Notes: generated from the sequence alone by a model not told the origin. A stretch of 64,000 nucleotides of DNA from Solirubrobacteraceae bacterium (GCA_036389485.1 DASVPR010000037.1:22972-86971); one strand, 5' to 3'; positions 36,592 through 46,068 are shown, counted from the stretch's first letter. Numbers and translations: made by a program.

Positions 36592-37692
36592 ATGGCTGCC
36601 GATCCCGACATCGTGCTGCGCCGGGTCACCAAGCGCTTCGGGGACCTCACCGCCGTCGACGCGCTCGACCTCGAGATCCCCCGCGGCAGCTTCTTCGCCC
36701 TCCTGGGCCCGTCGGGCTGCGGCAAGACGACCACGCTGCGGATGGTCGGCGGCTTCGAGGACCCGACGGAGGGGACCGTCCTCCTCGGCGGCCAGGACGT
36801 CACCGACCTTCCGCCGTTCAAGCGCGACGTCAACACCGTCTTCCAGTCCTACGCGCTCTTCCCCCACCTCGACGTGCAGAGCAACGTCGCGTTCGGCCTC
36901 GAGCGCAAGCGGGTCGCGAAGGGCGAGGTCCGCCAGCGAGTGGCGGACGCGCTCGAGCTGACCCAGCTCACCGGTCTGGAGAAGCGCCGCCCGAGCCAGC
37001 TCTCCGGCGGCCAGCAGCAGCGGGTGGCGCTCGCCCGCGCGCTCGTCAACCGTCCGCGCGCGCTGCTCCTCGACGAGCCGCTCGGCGCCCTCGACCTGCG
37101 GCTCCGCAAGCAGCTGCAGATCGAGCTGAAGCGGATCCAGACCGACGTTGGCCTCACGTTCGTGCACGTCACGCACGACCAGGAGGAGGCGATGACGATG
37201 GCCGACGAGATCGCGGTGATGAACGAGGGGCGCATCGAGCAGCGCGGCACCGCCACCGCGCTCTACGAGGCCCCGCGGACCGCGTTCGTCGCGAGCTTCC
37301 TCGGCGTGAGCAACCTGATCGACGCCCGCCTGAAGGCCCGCGACGGCAGCCACGCCACGTTCGAGACCCACGACGGGGCGACCGTCCTCGCGCCCGCCGA
37401 CCGCGCGCGCGACGGCGCCGTCCGCGTCGGCGTCCGCCCCGAGAAGCTCGAGATCTTCACCGAGGCGCCCGAGGGGCGGAACGTCCTGCGCGGGCGCGTG
37501 GAGGTCGCCGCCTACCTCGGCGTCTCGCTGCAGTACGTCGTCCGCACGCCGGGCGGCGAGGAGCTGACCGTGATCGAGCAGAACCGCGCCGGCGCGCACG
37601 GTGGGACCGTCGGCCCCGGCCGTGACGTCCTGCTCGCCTGGCGCCCCGAGCACACCTTCGTCGTCGACAAGGAGACCGAGCATGTCGCGTGA
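36592..37692 (+). CDS. potA: spermidine/putrescine-type ABC transporter ATP-binding protein
   Basis: It has a Walker A (GPSGCGKTT), the signature [15 protein letters not shown], a Walker B (LLLDEP) and a PotA-like C-terminal regulatory domain. Confidence 0.85.
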   Translation: MAADPDIVLRRVTKRFGDLTAVDALDLEIPRGSFFALLGPSGCGKTTTLRMVGGFEDPTEGTVLLGGQDVTDLPPFKRDVNTVFQSYALFPHLDVQSNVAFGLERKRVAKGEVRQRVADALELTQLTGLEKRRPSQLSGGQQQRVALARALVNRPRALLLDEPLGALDLRLRKQLQIELKRIQTDVGLTFVHVTHDQEEAMTMADEIAVMNEGRIEQRGTATALYEAPRTAFVASFLGVSNLIDARLKARDGSHATFETHDGATVLAPADRARDGAVRVGVRPEKLEIFTEAPEGRNVLRGRVEVAAYLGVSLQYVVRTPGGEELTVIEQNRAGAHGGTVGPGRDVLLAWRPEHTFVVDKETEHVA

Positions 37693-38893
37693 GTCCTTCG
37701 AATCCGTTCTCGAGCGCCTGCTGGCCGAGCGCCGCCACAACCGCCGGCGGTTCGTCGGGCGCGCCGGGTCGGCGGCGCTCGCGACGTCGGCGCTCGGCGC
37801 GTTCCTCTCCGCCTGCGGAGGCGCCGAGGGCGAGGGCGACGACGACGGCAGCACCGCCGAGCGCCCGAGCGCCGCGAGTCACCCCAAGGAGGAGTTCGAC
37901 GAGGTCGTCTTCTCGAACTGGCCGCTCTACATCGACAAGAAGGTCCTCAAGGACTTCCGCGCGAAGACCGGCGCGAAGGTCAAGTACATCGAGGACATCA
38001 ACGACAACCAGGAGTTCTTCGGGAAGGTCCGCCAGCCGCTCGAGCGCGGGGACGGCATCGGCCGCGACCTCGTCGCCCTCACCGACTGGATGGCGGGCCG
38101 GTGGATCCGGCTGAACTACGTCGAGCCGCTCGACAAGAAGAACATCCCGAACGAGGTCAACCTGCGCGACAACCTGCGCAACGTCCCGTTCGACAAGGGG
38201 CGCAAGTTCTCGCTGCCGTGGCAGTCCGGCATGACCGCGATCGGCTACGACGCCAAGCAGACCGGCGGCGACGTGACCTCGATCGACCAGTTCTTCGACC
38301 CGAAGTACAAGGGCAAGGTCACGATGCTCTCGGACGCGCGCGAGGCCGCGAGCTTCGTCCTGCTGATGCAGGGCAAGCGGCCGGAGGACGCGACGCTCGA
38401 CGACGTCCTCGGCGCGATCGAGTTCGTCGACGAGCAGAACCGCAAGGGCCACATCCGGCGGTTCACCGGCAATGACTACACGAAGGACCTCAGCGCCGGG
38501 GACATCGCGATGGCGCACGCCTACTCGGGCGACGTCATCCAGCTCCAGGCCGACAACGCGAACCTGAAGTTCTCGATCCCCGAGCAGGGCGCCGTCCTGT
38601 GGTCGGACAACATGATGATCCCGCAGAAGCCGCGCACGGCGTACGGCGCGGAGGTCTTCATGAACTACGTCTACGACCCCGCGGTCGCCGCGAAGATCGC
38701 CGCGTACGTCAACTACGTGACGCCTGTGAAGGGCACGCAGGAGATCCTGGCGGGGAGCGACCCGAAGCTGGCCGAGGACCCGCTCATCTTCCCCACCGCC
38801 CAGGACGTCTCGCGGCTCTCCGGCTACCCGAACCTCTCGGTCGAGGAGGAGCAGGAGATGAACGAGGCCTTCGAGCAGGTCGTCGGGGCGTAG
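37682..38893 (+). CDS. potD: polyamine-type periplasmic substrate-binding protein (PotD/PotF-like) with TAT/lipoprotein signal
   Basis: It has the signal RRRFVGRAGSAALATSALGAFLSACGG. The mature part resembles PotD/PotF (NWPLYID..., LPWQSGMTAIGYD). It overlaps potA by 11 nt. Confidence 0.75.
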   Translation: MSRESFESVLERLLAERRHNRRRFVGRAGSAALATSALGAFLSACGGAEGEGDDDGSTAERPSAASHPKEEFDEVVFSNWPLYIDKKVLKDFRAKTGAKVKYIEDINDNQEFFGKVRQPLERGDGIGRDLVALTDWMAGRWIRLNYVEPLDKKNIPNEVNLRDNLRNVPFDKGRKFSLPWQSGMTAIGYDAKQTGGDVTSIDQFFDPKYKGKVTMLSDAREAASFVLLMQGKRPEDATLDDVLGAIEFVDEQNRKGHIRRFTGNDYTKDLSAGDIAMAHAYSGDVIQLQADNANLKFSIPEQGAVLWSDNMMIPQKPRTAYGAEVFMNYVYDPAVAAKIAAYVNYVTPVKGTQEILAGSDPKLAEDPLIFPTAQDVSRLSGYPNLSVEEEQEMNEAFEQVVGA

Positions 38894-38896
38894 CGC

Positions 38897-39760
38897 GTGG
38901 GCCTGCGGCGCCGGCGGCTGCTGACGCCGTACCTCCTGCTCGCGCCCGGGCTGGCGTGGCTCGTCGTCTTCTACCTCGCCCCGGCGCTGACGCAGCTGTA
39001 CGTCTCGCTGCAGGAGGGCAACTTCGAGATCGGCTACACCTTCCAGTGGAACTGGTCGACGTACAGCGACGCGATCTCGCGCTACGACGAGCAGTTCCTG
39101 CGGTCGGTGAAGTACGCCGGGATCGCGACCGTGCTCGCGTTCGTCGTCTCGTTTCCGCTGGCCTACTTCATCGCCTTCAAGGCGGGCCGGTGGAAGAACC
39201 TGATGCTGCTGCTGATCATCCTGCCGTTCTTCACCTCGTACCTGATGCGGACGGTGGCGTGGCAGACGATCCTCTCCGACCACGCCTGGGTGACCGAGCG
39301 GCTGCGCGACGTGGGTGTGGTGGAGCAGGACGGCCGGCTGCTGGCGACGACGACCGCCGTGGTCGCGGGCATCACCTACAACTTCCTGCCGTTCATGGCG
39401 CTGCCGCTGTACGTGGCGCTCGAGAAGATCGACCGGCGGCTGATCGAGGCGGCTACCGACCTCTACGCGTCGCGCTGGACCGCGTTCCGCAGGGTGACGC
39501 TGCCGCTCGCGCTGCCGGGGATCTTCGCGGGCACGCTGCTGACGTTCATCCCCGCGGTCGGCGACTTCATCAACGCGCAGATCCTCGGGACCTCGCGGCA
39601 GTACATGATCGGCAACGTCATCCAGTCGAAGTTCCTCGTCGTGACCGACTACCCGGCAGCCGCGGCGCTGTCCTTCCTGCTGATGGCGGCGCTGCTGCTG
39701 TGCGTGTTCGCGTACGCGCGCGCGCTGGGCGCGCGGAACCTCGAGGAGGCGGTCGTATGA
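38897..39760 (+). CDS. potB: ABC transporter permease (PotB-like)
   Basis: It has six predicted TM helices and an EAA-type loop (IEAATDLYASRWTAFRRVTLPLALPG). The start is GTG. Confidence 0.8.
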   Translation: MGLRRRRLLTPYLLLAPGLAWLVVFYLAPALTQLYVSLQEGNFEIGYTFQWNWSTYSDAISRYDEQFLRSVKYAGIATVLAFVVSFPLAYFIAFKAGRWKNLMLLLIILPFFTSYLMRTVAWQTILSDHAWVTERLRDVGVVEQDGRLLATTTAVVAGITYNFLPFMALPLYVALEKIDRRLIEAATDLYASRWTAFRRVTLPLALPGIFAGTLLTFIPAVGDFINAQILGTSRQYMIGNVIQSKFLVVTDYPAAAALSFLLMAALLLCVFAYARALGARNLEEAVV

Positions 39761-40542
39761 GGCGGCCGCTGCGCGACTACGCCCTCGGCGCATGGAGCGT
39801 CGCCGCGCTCGTCTACCTCTTCATCCCCATCGCGATCGTCATCGCGTTCTCGTTCAACGACCCCGCCGGGCGGTTCAACTTCGAATGGTCGGGCTTCACC
39901 TTCGAGCACTGGCAGCACCCGTTCGCGGTCGAGGGGCTCGGGACCGCGTTCAGGAACTCGCTGCTGATCGCGGCGATCTCGACCGTCCTCGCGGTCGTGC
40001 TCGGGACGTTCATGGCGCTGGCGCTCGTGCGCTACCGGTTCGTGGGCCGCGGGCCGACCGACTTCTTCGTCTTCCTGCCACTGGCGACCCCGGAGGTCGT
40101 GCTCGGCGCCGCGCTGCTCGGCCTGTTCATCACGATGGGGCTGGCGACCGGCTTCGCCACGATCGTCATCGCCCACACGATGTTCAACGTGTCCTACGTC
40201 GTGGTGACGATCAAGGCGCGGCTGCAGGGGATGGACACGCACCTCGAGGACGCCGCCGCCGACCTCGGGGCGAACGAGTGGACGGCGTTCCGCAAGGTGA
40301 CGCTGCCGCTGATCGCGCCGGGCGTGGCGGCGGCGGCGCTGCTCGCCTTCGCGCTGTCGGTCGACGACTTCGTCATCACCAACTTCACGGCCGGGCAGAC
40401 GTCGACCTTCCCGCTGTTCATCTACGGCGCCGCGCGGCAGGGCGTGCCGCCGCAGGTCAACGTCCTCGCAACGATCCTGCTCTTCGCCGTCCTCGCGCTC
40501 ATGGCCCTGAACGTGCTCGCGCAGCGGCGCCGGGCGGTGTAG
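39757..40542 (+). CDS. potC: ABC transporter permease (PotC-like)
   Basis: It has an EAA-type loop (EDAAADLGANEWTAFRKVTLPLIAPG). It overlaps potB by ATGA. Confidence 0.8.
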   Translation: MRRPLRDYALGAWSVAALVYLFIPIAIVIAFSFNDPAGRFNFEWSGFTFEHWQHPFAVEGLGTAFRNSLLIAAISTVLAVVLGTFMALALVRYRFVGRGPTDFFVFLPLATPEVVLGAALLGLFITMGLATGFATIVIAHTMFNVSYVVVTIKARLQGMDTHLEDAAADLGANEWTAFRKVTLPLIAPGVAAAALLAFALSVDDFVITNFTAGQTSTFPLFIYGAARQGVPPQVNVLATILLFAVLALMALNVLAQRRRAV

Positions 40543-40545
40543 CCG

Positions 40546-41235
40546 GTGCGGGTCGTGCACGTCGAGCACCCGGACGGCCGCGGCCCCGGCGTGTTCGGCG
40601 AGGGCGCCGAGGTCGTGAGGTGGCGCGCGTTCGAAGACCCGCCGCCGACCGGGCCCGTCGACGCGATCGTGCTCTACGGCGCCTCGACGAACATCGTCGA
40701 TGCGCCGGACTGGCTCGCCGTGGAGATGGGGTGGCTGCGCGAGCGGCTGGAGACAGGGACGCCCGTCCTCGGCGTCTGCTTCGGCGCGCAGGTCCTCGCG
40801 CACGCGCTCGGCGCCGAGGTCGCGCGCGCCCGCGAGCCGGAGATCGGGTGGCTGCCGGTGACGCTCACGGCCGCCGGCCGCGCCGATCCCGTGCTCGGCG
40901 CGCTCCCCGAGCGGTTCCTCGCCTGCCAGTGGCACTCGTGGGCGTGCGCGGTGCCCGAGGGCGGGATCGCGCTCGCCGAGTCGCCGGTGTGCCTCCAGGC
41001 GTTCCACGCCGGCAGCGCCTGGGGCGTCCAGTTCCACCCCGAGGTCGACGACGAGACGCTGTCGACGTGGATCGACACCTACCGCAACGACCCGGACGCC
41101 GTGCGACTCGGCTTCGACCCCGCGCTGGCCCACGCCGCCCGCGAGCAGAACCTCCCACGCTGGAACGAGCTCGGCCGGCGGCTGTTCAGGGCGTTCCTGC
41201 GCGCCGCGCCGCGAGCGACGACGCGACGATCATGA
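40546..41235 (+). CDS. class-I glutamine amidotransferase-like protein (GATase1)
   Basis: It has a nucleophile elbow (GVCFGAQVLA) and a His/Glu motif (GVQFHPE). The start is GTG, 3 nt after potC. Confidence 0.7.
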   Translation: MRVVHVEHPDGRGPGVFGEGAEVVRWRAFEDPPPTGPVDAIVLYGASTNIVDAPDWLAVEMGWLRERLETGTPVLGVCFGAQVLAHALGAEVARAREPEIGWLPVTLTAAGRADPVLGALPERFLACQWHSWACAVPEGGIALAESPVCLQAFHAGSAWGVQFHPEVDDETLSTWIDTYRNDPDAVRLGFDPALAHAAREQNLPRWNELGRRLFRAFLRAAPRATTRRS

Positions 41236-41401
41236 AGAGGAAGACCGGCACGTACCACCAGTCGCGACCGAGCATCGACGCGACGAGCCCGACGACGCCG
41301 GCGGCGGCCCCGACGACGTAGGCGGTGCGGTGGTGGCGGCGGGGCAGGAGCGGGAAGCGGCCTTGCGGCCGCTCCCCCTCCGGACCGTGGGCTCCGCTCA
41401 A
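41186..41401 (-). CDS. 71-aa two-TM membrane protein; candidate Rhs immunity protein
   Basis: The TTG start overlaps the Rhs TGA (TTGA at 41398-41401). About 90% of codons end in G or C. It has two hydrophobic helices (AYVVGAAAGVVGLVASML and WWYVPVFLFMIVASSLAA). Its 3' end overlaps the convergent GATase1 tail by 50 nt. Confidence 0.5.
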   Translation of the reverse strand: MSGAHGPEGERPQGRFPLLPRRHHRTAYVVGAAAGVVGLVASMLGRDWWYVPVFLFMIVASSLAARRAGTP

Positions 41402-44400
41402 CGGTGCCGCCTCCGCCGGCTGCGGCGGCGGCTGCGACCCGTGCGCTCACCGGCGCGCTCGCCGGTGCCCTCGCCGCTGTCCTCGTCGCTCTCCTCCGAC
41501 TCCTCCTCGTCATCGTCCTCGGACTCGTCCTGGAGCTTGTTGCCGATCATCCCGGTCGTGCCCGCGAGGGCCGCTCCGCAGCCGACGGCGCCGACCCCGG
41601 TCTCCGCCGTGGCGCAGATCAGGCCCGTCCCCACCACGGCGCCGCCCACCTCCAGGGCGTCGAACACGTCGAACATCCCCGTCGGGTCCGTGCGGTTGAC
41701 CGGATCGCCGCCGCCGTAGAGGTACGGGTTGCCGCCCCGGAGATCGTCGGCCCGGTCGACCGGGTCAAGCTGCGTCCACCGCATGAGCGACGGATCGTAG
41801 TAGCGCTGACCGAAGTGGTACAGGCCGCCCACGGACCGGTAGCCGCCCGCGAACCCGAACTGGCCGTTCGCGACGTCGGCGGCGCCCGTGGTCGCTCCCC
41901 ACTGCCCCGCGGCGCGCGGTGCGGGCGTGCCGTACGGCTCGTAGTCGTAGCGCTCGGCGACGGCGCCCGTCGAGTCGGTCAGCCCGGTCACGGAGCCGAT
42001 CGCGTCGAACAGGTAGTAGTGCCGCGTCGCGCCCGACCGCCGGGACACGAGCCCGCCGCCGTCGTCGTACGTGAAGTACGTCGTCCCGCGCGCGCCGATG
42101 CCCAGCACGTTGTGCTGGAAGCTGCTCGCGCCCTCCGTGATCCAGCGGTCCTGGCCCTCGCCCAGGTAGACCATGTTCGTCGGCGAGCCCGAGATCGTCA
42201 GGTTCGTCGTCTGGTCGAGCAGGTTGTAGGTCCCGGAGCGGCCGGGGCTCGTGAGCTCGTTGCCGTTCTTGTCGTAGGTGAACGCGGGTGTCGTCGCCGG
42301 GCACGCCGGCGGCGTGCTGATCGTCGTCCCCGCCTGCTTCGCGCACAGCTCGTTGAACGAGTTGTAGCCGTAGTCGGTGATCGCGTTGGGTGCCTGGCTG
42401 CCCGTGACGCTGGTCTTGACCACGTTCCCGGCCGCGTCGAGGTTGTAGTCGTAGCCGGCGAGCGTCGCGTTCGTCGTCCACGTGCCCGTCGACGACTTGA
42501 TGATCGCCGTGTCGAGACGGTCGAGCGCGTCGTACGTGTACCGCGTCGTCAGCCCGAGCTTGCCGTCGATCTTCTCGAAGATCATCGGCGTCTCGCGCGA
42601 CGTCACCGGGTCCTTGTAGGCGTAGTTGAACTTCTGCAGCGTCGCCGCCGCGCTGTTCTTCGCGTGGATCTCCGACAGGCGGAACGCGGGGTCGTAGATC
42701 TGGTCGATCGTCACCCCGTTGGGGTACGTCGTCTTCGTCCGCTGCCCCTCCTTGGAGTGCTCGAACTTCGTCGGCTTGGCCACGCCCGGGTCGTACACGG
42801 CACGGACCTCGTTGACCGCGTTGTACGTGTACTCGACCTTGCCTCCGGCATCCGTCAGCGACCGAAGGTTGCCGACGGCGTCGTAGGTGTACGTGTTGGA
42901 GCCGCCGCCGGGCAGGCTCTCAGTCAGGACGCGGTTGAGCTGGTCGTAGGTCATCGAGCGCGTGCGCAGCGTGCCCGTGCCCTGCTCCCGCGTGTCCTCC
43001 TGCGTCAGGTTCCCGTCGCGGTCGTACGTGTACTGGACGTACGGCTCGGTGGCGCCGAGCACCTGGTCCGCCCCGGTGAACTCCACCTTCTTGAGCCGGT
43101 CGAGGCTGTCGTAGGTCAGGATCCGCCAGTTGTCCTTGCCGTCCTGGACCTTGTCGACGCGGGCCAGGGTCTGGTTGTAGGTCAGCCGCGTCGGGCCGGT
43201 CGGGTTCGGCGTCCCCGGGTTCGGCGGGGTGATCAGGTTGACGTTGCCCTTGGCGTCGTAGCCGTAGCTCGTCGCGTTGCCGCGCGGGTCGGTGATGCCG
43301 GTCAGCTGCCCCTTCTTGCCGTCGATGGACGACGTCGTCGGGGCGTAGCTCATGCTCACGCCGGCGAGCAGCGTCCCGCTGTTGCTCGTCTGCCGCACGC
43401 TGTACGGGTTGCCGTTCGTATCGGTCGCGCCGGTGTCCTGCCAGCCGAACTCGGTCCGCCCGCCCTGGGCGTTCGTCGCGCGGCCCGGCAGGTACTTCGA
43501 CCCGGCGACGCCCGACGGCACGCCGGTGTAGCCGGCGGGAGCGGAGTCGCACGGCTGCGTGTCCACGCCGCCGAAGTCCGCGCACCCGCGGATGCTGCCG
43601 GCGGCGACGGGTGTGTCCGTCTTCGTCGGGTTGTCGTCGGAGTCGTAGGTGAGCGACGTGTTCGGCGTCGTGCCGGTGTTCGACGCCGCGGTGTAGCTCT
43701 CGACGTTGGAGTTGCTCGTGAACTTCCGGCTGGTCTCGCGGCCGAGCGCGTCGATCGTCTTCGTGACGCGGCCCTGCTCGTCGAAGACGTACCGGGTGAC
43801 GCGGTCGTTCTCGTCCCCGGTCGCCGTGCCGATCGGGTCGGTGACCTTGGTCTCGCCGGAGCCGTCGCGGCGCAGGTCGTACTCGAACGTGGTCGTCGGG
43901 CCGGTCATGTTCACCGTGTCCGTGACCCGCGTGACGGTCTGGACCTTGCTCGCGTACTCGTGCCCGTAGGGGTAGTAGTCGATCAGGGTGATGTCGCCCT
44001 GTGGGGTCGTGATCTTGGTGAGCTCCCCGTTGGGCCCGTCGTACTGGTAGAGCGTCTTGAAGCTCGCGCCGTTCTGCGGGTCCGTGTAGCTGTCCATGAA
44101 CGGCCCGGTGTACGCGTACGAGTGCACGCGGCCGGCCGGGTCGGTCATCGAGCTGATGTACGAGCCGGTGTACGCGAAGCGGACGTCGTCGGCCGTCGTC
44201 GCCGTGTCGTTGTTCGAGTCCTCGATGCGCAGCAGGTTGCCGCTCGTCGCGTCGTAGACGAAGCTGAGCTTGCGCCCGTTGCGATCCTCGATCTCGTACA
44301 TCCGCCCGTTCTTCGTGTAGTTCTCGAAGCGGTACTTCGTCTGGGTCTTGTGGTCGGTCAGCTGCCACTTGCCGGCGGCCGGGACATCCTTCTGCAGGGT

Positions 44401-46068
44401 GTTGTTGAACCCGGGCGGGGTCTTGTAGCTGCCGTCGGGCTGGCGGTCGTAGATCCCCTTCGCGCCGCTCGGGAAGACGAGCCGCATGAAGGCGCCGCCG
44501 GCGTTCTGCTCGAGCTGGAGGTCCGGACCGGTGTCCACCTGCCAGTCGGCCATCGAGTCGAGCGTGTCGTCCAGGCTGTTGTAGCTGCGGGTCACGCTGA
44601 CGGCCGGCCCGAGCCCGCCCGGCATCGAGAAGTCCTTGTTCTGGACCAGCAGGTTGCCGGAGTTCACGTTGACGCCCAGCGTCATCCGGTCGGTGAGGCG
44701 CTGGTCCTCGTAGATCCAGCCGCGGCGCTTGCCGATGCGCTCCTTGATGACGACGTTGAGGTACGGCTTGTGGGAGAGGGACTCGTTGCTGTCCAGCCAC
44801 GTCCCGTTGGTGCCGGACGGGAGGCTGAGCACCATGCCGTGGTTCGCACGCTTGCCCGAGACCCACTCCCGGACGATCTTGAGCATCGTCCAGTAGTTCT
44901 CGCCGCTGATCCCGCCCGCGCCGCCGGGGAACTCGGCCCGCGCGGTGGTGTCGCCCTCGCCGCCCGGCTCCGACCACCGGTCGGTGCCGTTGTTGCGGTT
45001 CCAGCTCGCGGCGCTGGTGAACGGCTCGGTCAGCGGATCCACCTGGATGTCGGCCCAGGTCAGGGTCTGGTCGTTGGTCTGCCACGCGACCAGCGTCGCT
45101 CCGGCGACGTCGACGCCCCGCGGGATCCCGGCCAGCGGGAACCGCATGACGATGTGGTGGTCGTGCCCGCCCACCATGCCGACCTTCATCGGGTTGGCGG
45201 CGCAGAAGCTCGAGTCCGGCAGGCTGGCGTCGAGGTAGCAGTCGCCGTCGGGGTTCGGCGTCGTCACCGGGTCGACCGTCACCGGCCAGGCCCGCCCCGG
45301 CTTGTCCAGCCACGCGTCGCTCAGGCCGTACGTCAGTCGCCAGCCGTCCGCGGTCTTCGCGACTCGCGCCTTCACCGCCGCGGTCCGGCGCTTCGCGTCG
45401 ACCATGAACGGTGCGCTGACGGTCAGCCGGCTCCGCCCGAGCTTGTCGCGCAGCGCGACGGCACCGGTGCGGAGGACCTCGGGGTGCAGCCCGGGCGTCA
45501 TCGAGAGATCGAAGGAGAAGTCACGCGTGGAGCCCGGGCCGCGCAGCACGAGGTCCTCCTTGACCGCGCCGAGCTGCGTGCGGTAGACGACGTCGACGCC
45601 GGGCAGCGCGCCGGGGTAGCGCGCGGTCGCGCCGCGCGCCTCGGCGGCGGCGCTCGCGCCGCGAAGGTCGAATGCCAGCCACCACCGCCCCTTGCGGACG
45701 CGGACCGTGTCGTCGCCGAGCCGCAACGGCAAGCTGGTCGAGAAGCTGTTGCGGCGGTTCAGGAGCCGGCCGTGCAGCTCCTGCAGCCGCGTGTCGATGT
45801 CGCGCCAGCGCCCGGCCGCGTCCCGGTAGTGGACCGGCGAGGTGTAGAGGCGCGCGACCTTCTCGCCGTCGCGGCCGACGAACGTCTTCGATGTCCGCGT
45901 CCTCAGGCGGACGACTTCATGACCGACGCGCAGCTCGCGCTTCAGCGTGGCCCGGGCCGCAGCAGCAGCCGCCTTTGCGTGGCCGGGGCGAGGCTTCGCG
46001 GCGAGCGCGAGCGGCGCGACGAGGGCGGTGCAGAGCAGCGCAGCGAAGACGAAGATCGATCGGCGCAC
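41398..46068 (-). CDS. Sec-exported Rhs/YD-repeat polymorphic-toxin-type protein (1556 aa)
   Basis: GTG at 46068 is preceded by a perfect AAGGAGG Shine-Dalgarno with 5-nt spacing. It has a signal peptide (MRRSIFVFAALLCTALVAPLALA) and dozens of YD repeats (YTYDAVGN, YGYDAKGN, YTYDRDGN...). The core ends in GLYHFGQRYYDPSLMRWTQLDP...GGDPVNRTDPTGM. Confidence 0.9.
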   Translation of the reverse strand: MRRSIFVFAALLCTALVAPLALAAKPRPGHAKAAAAAARATLKRELRVGHEVVRLRTRTSKTFVGRDGEKVARLYTSPVHYRDAAGRWRDIDTRLQELHGRLLNRRNSFSTSLPLRLGDDTVRVRKGRWWLAFDLRGASAAAEARGATARYPGALPGVDVVYRTQLGAVKEDLVLRGPGSTRDFSFDLSMTPGLHPEVLRTGAVALRDKLGRSRLTVSAPFMVDAKRRTAAVKARVAKTADGWRLTYGLSDAWLDKPGRAWPVTVDPVTTPNPDGDCYLDASLPDSSFCAANPMKVGMVGGHDHHIVMRFPLAGIPRGVDVAGATLVAWQTNDQTLTWADIQVDPLTEPFTSAASWNRNNGTDRWSEPGGEGDTTARAEFPGGAGGISGENYWTMLKIVREWVSGKRANHGMVLSLPSGTNGTWLDSNESLSHKPYLNVVIKERIGKRRGWIYEDQRLTDRMTLGVNVNSGNLLVQNKDFSMPGGLGPAVSVTRSYNSLDDTLDSMADWQVDTGPDLQLEQNAGGAFMRLVFPSGAKGIYDRQPDGSYKTPPGFNNTLQKDVPAAGKWQLTDHKTQTKYRFENYTKNGRMYEIEDRNGRKLSFVYDATSGNLLRIEDSNNDTATTADDVRFAYTGSYISSMTDPAGRVHSYAYTGPFMDSYTDPQNGASFKTLYQYDGPNGELTKITTPQGDITLIDYYPYGHEYASKVQTVTRVTDTVNMTGPTTTFEYDLRRDGSGETKVTDPIGTATGDENDRVTRYVFDEQGRVTKTIDALGRETSRKFTSNSNVESYTAASNTGTTPNTSLTYDSDDNPTKTDTPVAAGSIRGCADFGGVDTQPCDSAPAGYTGVPSGVAGSKYLPGRATNAQGGRTEFGWQDTGATDTNGNPYSVRQTSNSGTLLAGVSMSYAPTTSSIDGKKGQLTGITDPRGNATSYGYDAKGNVNLITPPNPGTPNPTGPTRLTYNQTLARVDKVQDGKDNWRILTYDSLDRLKKVEFTGADQVLGATEPYVQYTYDRDGNLTQEDTREQGTGTLRTRSMTYDQLNRVLTESLPGGGSNTYTYDAVGNLRSLTDAGGKVEYTYNAVNEVRAVYDPGVAKPTKFEHSKEGQRTKTTYPNGVTIDQIYDPAFRLSEIHAKNSAAATLQKFNYAYKDPVTSRETPMIFEKIDGKLGLTTRYTYDALDRLDTAIIKSSTGTWTTNATLAGYDYNLDAAGNVVKTSVTGSQAPNAITDYGYNSFNELCAKQAGTTISTPPACPATTPAFTYDKNGNELTSPGRSGTYNLLDQTTNLTISGSPTNMVYLGEGQDRWITEGASSFQHNVLGIGARGTTYFTYDDGGGLVSRRSGATRHYYLFDAIGSVTGLTDSTGAVAERYDYEPYGTPAPRAAGQWGATTGAADVANGQFGFAGGYRSVGGLYHFGQRYYDPSLMRWTQLDPVDRADDLRGGNPYLYGGGDPVNRTDPTGMFDVFDALEVGGAVVGTGLICATAETGVGAVGCGAALAGTTGMIGNKLQDESEDDDEEESEESDEDSGEGTGERAGERTGRSRRRSRRRRHR

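Noticed and set aside
41079-41513. A 144-aa minus-strand ORF as an alternative candidate gene downstream of the Rhs stop.
   Set aside because: Its composition is Arg/Ala/Pro-rich off-frame sequence. The 71-aa frame (41186..41401) has far better codon-position GC bias and hydrophobic helices.
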